Shown in pieces: positions 56,910 to 64,000 of a DNA stretch of 64,000 nucleotides. The notes under the pieces were generated by a model, which ran no database searches, had not been told where the DNA came from, and saw nothing but the letters and a program-made list of their open reading frames with translations. The DNA lies in the NCBI GenBank assembly GCA_964016885.1, contig OZ024742.1, positions 352,160,001 to 352,224,000 on the forward strand. The letters run 5' to 3'. Position 1 is the stretch's first letter. Each line of letters opens with the position of its first letter. A program made the position numbers and the translations under genes. This DNA comes from Eledone cirrhosa (lineage: Eukaryota).

Positions 56910-58880
56910 CCTCAATGGCAAAAAGGACTCCCATGAGAAGGTGGATTAGGTAGACCAAAGCTATACGGACCCCCCAAAACAATGATCCGGTAAGAAAAAT
57001 GGTCGTACATGCAATAGGGGCTAGTATTAAAACTACCCTAAAGGGCCACATATTCAAGTTCAACGAGAAGATCTACACCTAAAATGAGGGAGCAGCCATT
57101 GGCGTCAGGATAGCTGGGGATATTGCCAACCTTTTCATGGTATGGTGGGAAAGGAGACTTAAAGATCTCCTTAATATAGCTCCATATACCTCATCATGTC
57201 ATCTCGTTACGTAGACAATATCAACATAGTTATAAGAACATCCCCACTAGAGAGCACCAACAAGTTTGATTTAGAACGTAGCACAATGGAAAGCATCCAT
57301 CAGATAGCTAATTCCATACACCAGAGTATAACTGTAACTATCGACTTCCCTTCCAAACACCCTAACAATAGACTACCTGTATTAGATACGGAATTCTGGA
57401 TTAACACTATAGACGAGAGAGCCCAAATTCTCCACTCACACTATGCTAAACCCATGGCCTCCAAATACCTGATACTCAAAACTCAGCAATGTCCAGTAGT
57501 GCTAAGTTTAATATTCTGATCGCAGATTTGGTACGAGTGATGAAGAATGTGTCCCGCATGTGCGACCCGACAGAAATGGAAAGACACATCCAACACTTCA
57601 TCAACCGCATGCAGTTCTCTGGCTGCAACCAAAGTGACAGAGTCTGAGTCTACGAAGGAGCCATGGAGAAGTATAAGACCCTCATAGAACTGGACATGAA
57701 AGGAATTTGCCCATTATACAGGAGCAAATAATGGAATAGCTTAGATGGGGCTAGACATAAGATAGGGAAAGACACCTCATGGTACGACAACCAGAGATAC
57801 CAAAGTGTCATGTTTGTGGATACTACCCCTGGAGGGAAATTAGCTAACCAGTGTAGAAAGGCTTTGAGAAAGACCCACTTAAAGATTAAGGTGGTAGAAA
57901 AGCCAGGAACCACCATAAAATCCCTGATTAGAAAAACTTACCCTTTTAAGAAAACCCACTGTACTAATAGGAAATGTATCATATGTAAGGTAATCCCCCG
58001 GATAAACTGTAAAACTAGAAACGTAGTCTATAGCATAAGATGTACAGAGGGTACTTGCAGAAACATGACAACAACATACATAGGCGAGAAAGCTCGTAGC
58101 ATAGGTGAAAGGATAGACCAACACTGGGGGGGAACTAAAAGGACCAAAAAACGGGTCAGTACTATACGAACATGCCAGACCACAACACGACGGTAACATA
58201 GACAACATAGAAATTAGAATAATATCTAAACATAGAAATGACCCAACAGATAGGCAAATCAGAGAGGCCAGTGAAATAGAACTTAGAAGGCGAAGACTAA
58301 ACAGAAAGAATGAATGGAATAACAACAACACCCAAACTAACAACACTGAACTAAGAGAAGTATAAATAAATAAATAAATAGATAAATAAATGAATAAATG
58401 CATACACAAGCACAATAACAACAAACACATATTAACACACACTAGTAAAGATAGAATACATAGAATACATAGAATGCAATAGCGAACACACATCAAACAA
58501 AACACTATACACACACGCAAACGCATGCGCAAAGAAGACAAAATAAAACAAATAAATAAATAAATATATAGACAGACTAAATAAAAATGGCGTAGACATA
58601 CAATGTAACGGGAGGAAACAATAGCACCACTGACGATGTTGCAGATGTGCAAGGAAAGAACTTTTGATAAACTATATAAATATATATATATGTGTTTGTG
58701 TCTATATTGTATCTGTATTTTTTTGACCGTAGGTCAGTCAATGGCAACATTGAGGACCGAATAAATTAGATTACCGATATAAAAGACACAGAAGCGGAAA
58801 CCAACCAAACAGTGAGTGTGTTCTGTTATTAATTCTGGCAATATTACACAAATATGACCCTCCCCAAGTATAACAATATA
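56910..58880 (+). mobile_element. 5'-truncated decayed PLE related to the 14.5-19.7 kb element (RT C-terminus, GIY-YIG, 3' pLTR)
   Basis: FKFNEKIYT*NEGAAIG, RYVDNI, DFPSKHPNNRLPVLD, CTNRKCIIC..CKTRNVVYSIRC..YIGEKARSIGER. Decayed hammerhead at ~58625-58668. pLTR end atgaccctccccaagtataacaat. Confidence 0.87.
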
Positions 58881-58941
58881 TGTACATATATATATATATA
58901 AGGAAGTATTGAAGTTTGCTTGAATCATTGTGGAATAATAG

Positions 58942-59843
58942 GTAAATATATTTAAGTCGTTGGAAGCCTCGACAATGCAAATGGGTAAATCTCCGGGTAA
59001 CAAGATCCGGTGGTGGAGAGATAGATGTAAGTGGGTGTACGTTGAGATGCGTGGTGTGTATAATACGTGTAGAAGAATGAAGGAAAGAGTATAAAGGGTA
59101 AAATATAAATAAGAACATGACAGAGAGTTACCTTGGGAGAGATTTAATTGTCCCTATATATTTCGGATTCACATCCATCAACTGGGTTTTTTCCGGGATG
59201 GGGGCAAGGTTGTCAGTCGAAAAGGTGCGAAACGTGTCCTCCGCTGTTTGTTGTTTTGAATATCTGAGGTATTCAGCAGAGTGCGCGTGCGCGTGAAATT
59301 GGGTCGGTCGGGCAGAGGTCAGCGGCCGAATGTGAGAGTGGGGTGGTCCTAGCTCTCAGTCCATTCTCTGCCTGTTTGTTAAATGCTACTGTGTGTGTGT
59401 GTGCGTATGTTGTTGTCTCGCTTGAATGTGTGTGTGTGTGTTGTTGCCTTGTCCCTCTGTATTGGCAGTGTAATATGTTCGTATGGTGGAATGCTACTGT
59501 GTGTGTGTGCGTGTGCGTGTGTAGTTGTCTCGTTTGTGTGTGTCTTTGCGTGTGTTGCTGCATCGTTTGTTAACCAGCCACTTCATTTCGCTTCTCTCGG
59601 ATCGATTGTTTATTTGCGGTGCAAGGCCTTTGATAAAAAGCGCTTCCTTCATACGTAACGTCTCGTGTTCTTATTTTTATTTTATCCTTTATACACTTTC
59701 CTTCATTCTTCTACACGTCTTATACACACCACGCATCTCAACGTACACCCACTTACATCTCTCTCCCCTCACCGGATCTTGTTACCCGGAGATTTACCCA
59801 TTTGCATTGTCGAGGCTTCCAAACGACTTAAAGATATTTACAT
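58942..59843. repeat. Inverted repeat, ~175-bp arms (58942-59118 / 59665-59843) around a ~550-bp GT-rich spacer
   Basis: aagtcgttggaagcctcgacaatgcaaatgggtaaatctccgggtaacaagatccggtg and its reverse complement. Both outer ends lie next to TA-rich tracts. Confidence 0.88.
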
Positions 59844-59868
59844 ATATATATATATGTATATATATATA

Positions 59869-60373
59869 TCTTATATATAAAGTGAAGTTGGGCGTTGTTT
59901 GGTGTACCGAACTTGCATGCTACACCGTTCATCCAATTTTCATGAAACCTCACACATATATAAAACTCAATGCGTAGAGTGGAGTAGGCTACTTGAAAAT
60001 TTCGAAAAATCGATGATCGGGACACCAGAAGTCAAAAATCGATATATTCAAAAATCGATGAAACTCGATGCAAGTGTGTATTTTGATCCGGGCATAAACG
60101 TGCGCTACATTAAATTTTCGAAAAATCGATAATTGAAACACCAGAGGCAAAAATCAGGACAACTCTAACTTACCCTGTTTCCCTCTCTTCCATCTCACTG
60201 GCGCAGCCACACCTCCTGCCTGCTGATAAAATACATAGATAGATTAACACACACATATACAGTTATGTATATACTCTCTTTCCCTCTCTTCCACCTCACT
60301 GGCGCAGCCAAAACCTCCTGCCTGCTGATAAAATACATACATAGATAAACACACACATATATAGTTATGTATA

Positions 60374-60420
<47 letters not shown>

Positions 60421-60423
60421 ATA

Positions 60424-60476
<53 letters not shown>

Positions 60477-61709
60477 ATATATGTCATCCCACTGCATCGT
60501 CATGCCTCACCATGCCGCATCCATGCGCTGTCAGCCACCATGCCCTCCTCTTCCCTCTCCCTTACCCGCACGACTTTGTCCTTCACGAGTGCCATAGTTC
60601 ACCATGCTGAATCCCTGCAACAGTCAATCCCGGCCATCTCCCTTCCCTGCACGCCGTCGTCCCACTACATCGTCATGCATCCCCATGCCGCATCAATGCT
60701 CTGTCAGCCGCCATCCGCCTCCTTGGCCCTTTCTTTTTCCTGCCCGCAGTGCTCCTACAAGACTGCCATGGATCACCATGCGGCATCTTTGCCACGGTCC
60801 ACACCTGCCCTCTTCCTTGACTGCTGGCCGTCGCCCCACTACATCTTCATGCTTCAGGATGCCGCCTGCATGCACTGTCAGCCACCATCCCATCCTCGGC
60901 CATTTCTTTTGCTTGACCGCCGTGCTCCTTCAAGACTCCCATGGCTATCTATGCCGCATCAATTCCTTGCCACCCGCTTAAACGTCATCAGAATGGCTTA
61001 TTGTTGCCTCATTTGATCACCGATTTTCGCAGGCTAAACACAAGAACAACGTGCACGATATTCCATGATAAATCTTTTTAATTACATGTTCTTGAGGCTG
61101 TTGCAAAGGGCAATAACCCTAGACGCAATTTTAATCAACTTTTTTTCACATATAGCAAATTTACCGGGACAGGTCTTTAGCTACTCAAATCTACTTCAGA
61201 GGTCACGCGTTCATGTAAAAAATCAATAAAACTGAAACGGGGGGTTTGACTTTGCGCAAAAAACAAGGCAAAGTTTCAGATGGGATAATTTTTTACAGGA
61301 ACGTCCGATTTTCGTGAAAACTGTCGCAAATGAATCGTCCATTATGCCGCGTTTCAGATAAAGTCCCTTTTATTTCTTCTTCTGCACATGTGAGCGCGAA
61401 CATTTTAAAAAATAAAAATATTTGAAAAAATCGACTTTTTCACCCTGCTTTATAAATCAACTGAAAATTCAATTTCAAGTGAATTTGACTTCCCTCAGTC
61501 TTGCAAAGAACAATTTCAACGATAAACTGTGAACCTACAATTGATCCATTATTTATGCTCAATTACACACCTGCGTATACTAACCTCTGTTTTTTTCCTT
61601 GAGGTTCGAAGGTTTTTGCACCTGTTATGCGCGGGAAGTAACTTTCAAACATTTTAACAACAGACCAAAGGTCGACTTACACCCGGGCAACGCCGGGTAC
61701 TTCTGCTAG
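59869..61709 (+). mobile_element. Non-autonomous Helitron (1.84 kb)
   Basis: A|TC 5' start (tcttatatataaagtgaagttggg). 3' hairpin cccgg gcaacg ccggg followed by CTAG|T. Internal aaaaatcgat subrepeats and a GC-rich minisatellite. Confidence 0.8.
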
Positions 61710-64000
61710 TTATATATAAAGTGAAGTTGGGCGTTGTTTGTGTGTATGCTTTCCCGAACTTGCAGGCTACACCGTTCGTCCGATTCTCATGAAACTTGAC
61801 ACATATATAAAACTCGACGCGTAGATTGGTATAGGCTTCTTGGAATCGACTAAGTTTTCGAAAAATCGATAATCGGGCCCCCAAAAGCCAAAAATCGATA
61901 TTTTCAAAATTCGTGCGATTTCGATGAAACAGGACGCACGTGTGTATTTTGATCCGGGGATGAACGTGGGCTCCATTACATTCTCGAACAATCGATAATT
62001 GGATCACCAGAGGCAAAAATCGATATTTACGAAATTTGTCCGATTCCAATGAAATTTGACGTAGGTATGTATTTTGATGCAGGGATCAACATGAGGTAGT
62101 TGCAATTTTCAAAGAATCGATAATCGGACCCCTAGAGGCAAAAATCCGGCAATCGAAAAACGCTATTCTTCTTGCTTCCATTTGTCGTGACTCCCGCCAT
62201 GCAAAAAACGTCCAATCTATCAGGATTATCTACCGTCAGTCTCTTTAAATTAACGCTCACCATATTCAGCAAACCTTTTATGCCGATTCTTCCATTTATT
62301 CTATAAGGACTATCAAGACTATACTGCCCCGCATCATCCTGTATGGCGCTCAGTCTTCTCAAGCGATCATCGATCCTCCATGCGCTCTCTCCATTCCCAT
62401 GGTCCCACTACCGTAGTATAATGAGGCATCCGTCAATCTCTGCCCTCACCCTTCCCTGCACGCCGTTGACCCACTGCATCGTTTTGCATCACAATGCGCA
62501 TCTCTGCCTTGTCAGCCGCAATTAATTCCACAGCTTTTTCCATTGTCTGCCCTCCGTGGTCCCTAAGGACTGTCACGGCTCAACATGCCGAATCCCTACC
62601 ACCGTCCACCCCTACCCATTTTCATTGCCTACACTCCGGGAGAGGTCAAGACTTTCATACCTGACCAAGCCGCATCCCTGCCACCGTCAATCCCTGCCCT
62701 CTCCCTTCCCTGCAGGCCGTCGTCCCACTGCATCGTCATGCCTCACCATGCCGCATTACTGCCCTGACGGACACCATCCCCTCTTAAGCCCTTTCTTTTG
62801 CCTCCCCGTCGTGCACCTTCAAGTCTGACATGCCTAACCAAGCCGCATCCCTGCCACTATCAAGTCCTGCTCTCTCCCTTCCCTGCAAGCCGTCGTCCCA
62901 CTGTATCGTCATGCCTCACCATGCCGCATCTATGCTTTGTCAGCCGCCATGCCCACCCCTGCCCTCTCCCTTACCCGCACGACTTGGTCCTTTACGAGTG
63001 CCATGGCTCAACACGCTGAATCCCTGCAACCGTCAATCCCGGCCATTTCCATTCCATGCACGCCGTCGACCCACTGCATCGTTATGCCTCACCATGCCGC
63101 ATCCATGATCTGTCAGCCGCCATCCCCTCCTCAGCTTTTTATGTTGCCTGCCCGCCGTGCTCCTTCAATACTGCCATGCCTAACCAAGCCGCATCACTTC
63201 TACCGTCATCCCCTTGCCCTCTCCCTTGCCCGCACACCTTGGTCCCTCACTGCTATGGCTCATCATGCGGCATTCCTGCCCATTCCTGCTACTTGCTCAA
63301 ATGCCATCAGCATGGTTTATTCCTGCGCCGCACATAACCGCCCATTATATCAGACCGAAGACAGCACCGAATATGAAGACGATCATGTGTAAGTCATTTT
63401 ACATTCATTTTGACCATATTTAACAAAATTAACAAACATTCATCCCATTCTCCTCCAAAGCCTACCGATATTTGATGGCCGATAAACATCCTGCCTTGCA
63501 CCCGGTTTTCTCAAACAATCATCGTGCCACCCGGTGCTCTCTTCATTCCCGAGGTGCAACTCAATTGGCATGCCGCATCCACGCCATGTCAGCCGCCATG
63601 CACCTTGCCATTTCGTCATGCCTCATCATGTTGCATCCCTACCTTGTCAGCTGCCATCCATTTCCCGACCCTTTCCACTGCCTAGGCATGGCAGTTTTGA
63701 GGGACCAAGTCGCATCCCTTCAACCGTCAAGCCCTGCCCTCTCGGTTCCCTGCACGCCGTCGTCCCACTGCATAGCCATGCATCACCATGCCGCATCAAT
63801 GCTCTGTCAGCTGCCATCCCCTCCTCGGTCCTTTCTTTTGCCTGCCCGCAGTGCTCCTTCTACACTACCATGGCTCACCATGCGGCATCCTTGCCACCGT
63901 CCACCCCTGCCCTCTTCCGTGCCTGCTGGCCGTCGACCCACTGCATCGCCATGCCTCAGGATGCCGCATCCATGCACTGTCAGCCACCATCTCCTCCGCG
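61710..64000 (+). mobile_element. Second, head-to-tail Helitron copy, running off the window
   Basis: The head ttatatataaagtgaagttgggcgttgtttg restarts immediately after CTAG. Same subrepeats and minisatellite. Confidence 0.75.
62440..64000 (+). repeat. GC-rich ~175-bp tandem repeat (also 60485-60975) inside the Helitrons
   Basis: cccactgcatcgtcatgcctcaccatgccgcatc recurs at ~60488, 60661, 60835, 62724, 62897, 63070, 63764 and 63938. Confidence 0.85.

Noticed and set aside
62556-63423. Overlapping Pro/His/Cys-rich ORFs
   Set aside because: Open frames arise from a GC-rich 175-bp tandem repeat and are not preserved between units.

Overview
AT-rich, microsatellite-laden animal genomic DNA. 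The SINE/MITE content suggests a cephalopod such as octopus, but this is inference. No host gene can be supported. The window is a dense nest of Penelope-like retroelements (PLEs): one intact 740-aa Naiad-clade RT + GIY-YIG ORF (53984-56206, minus), four decayed or truncated Naiads and two decayed PLEs of another clade. It also holds a truncated L1/Tx1 LINE, tandem non-autonomous Helitrons, tRNA-derived SINEs, a piggyBac-type MITE and weak Gypsy, RTE and MULE relics. The main observation is a 5.8-kb array of 12 near-identical ~476-bp non-coding units (44478-50234). Each unit carries a minimal type I hammerhead ribozyme (CUGAUGA...GAAA-CUAG-UA) preceded by an ATGCAAAT octamer. Diverged copies of the same unit lie at ~3.0-3.9 kb and ~33.8-34.5 kb. 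The array sits in (TA)n and has an inverted 5' cap like the neighbouring PLE insertions, so it looks like a retrozyme (circular-RNA-type non-autonomous retroelement) family mobilised by PLE machinery. More than 25 intact or decayed hammerhead motifs of several families were read by eye, many inside fold-back insertions. Almost all short ORFs in the track are microsatellite artefacts. Coordinates were counted by hand and element ends are approximate.
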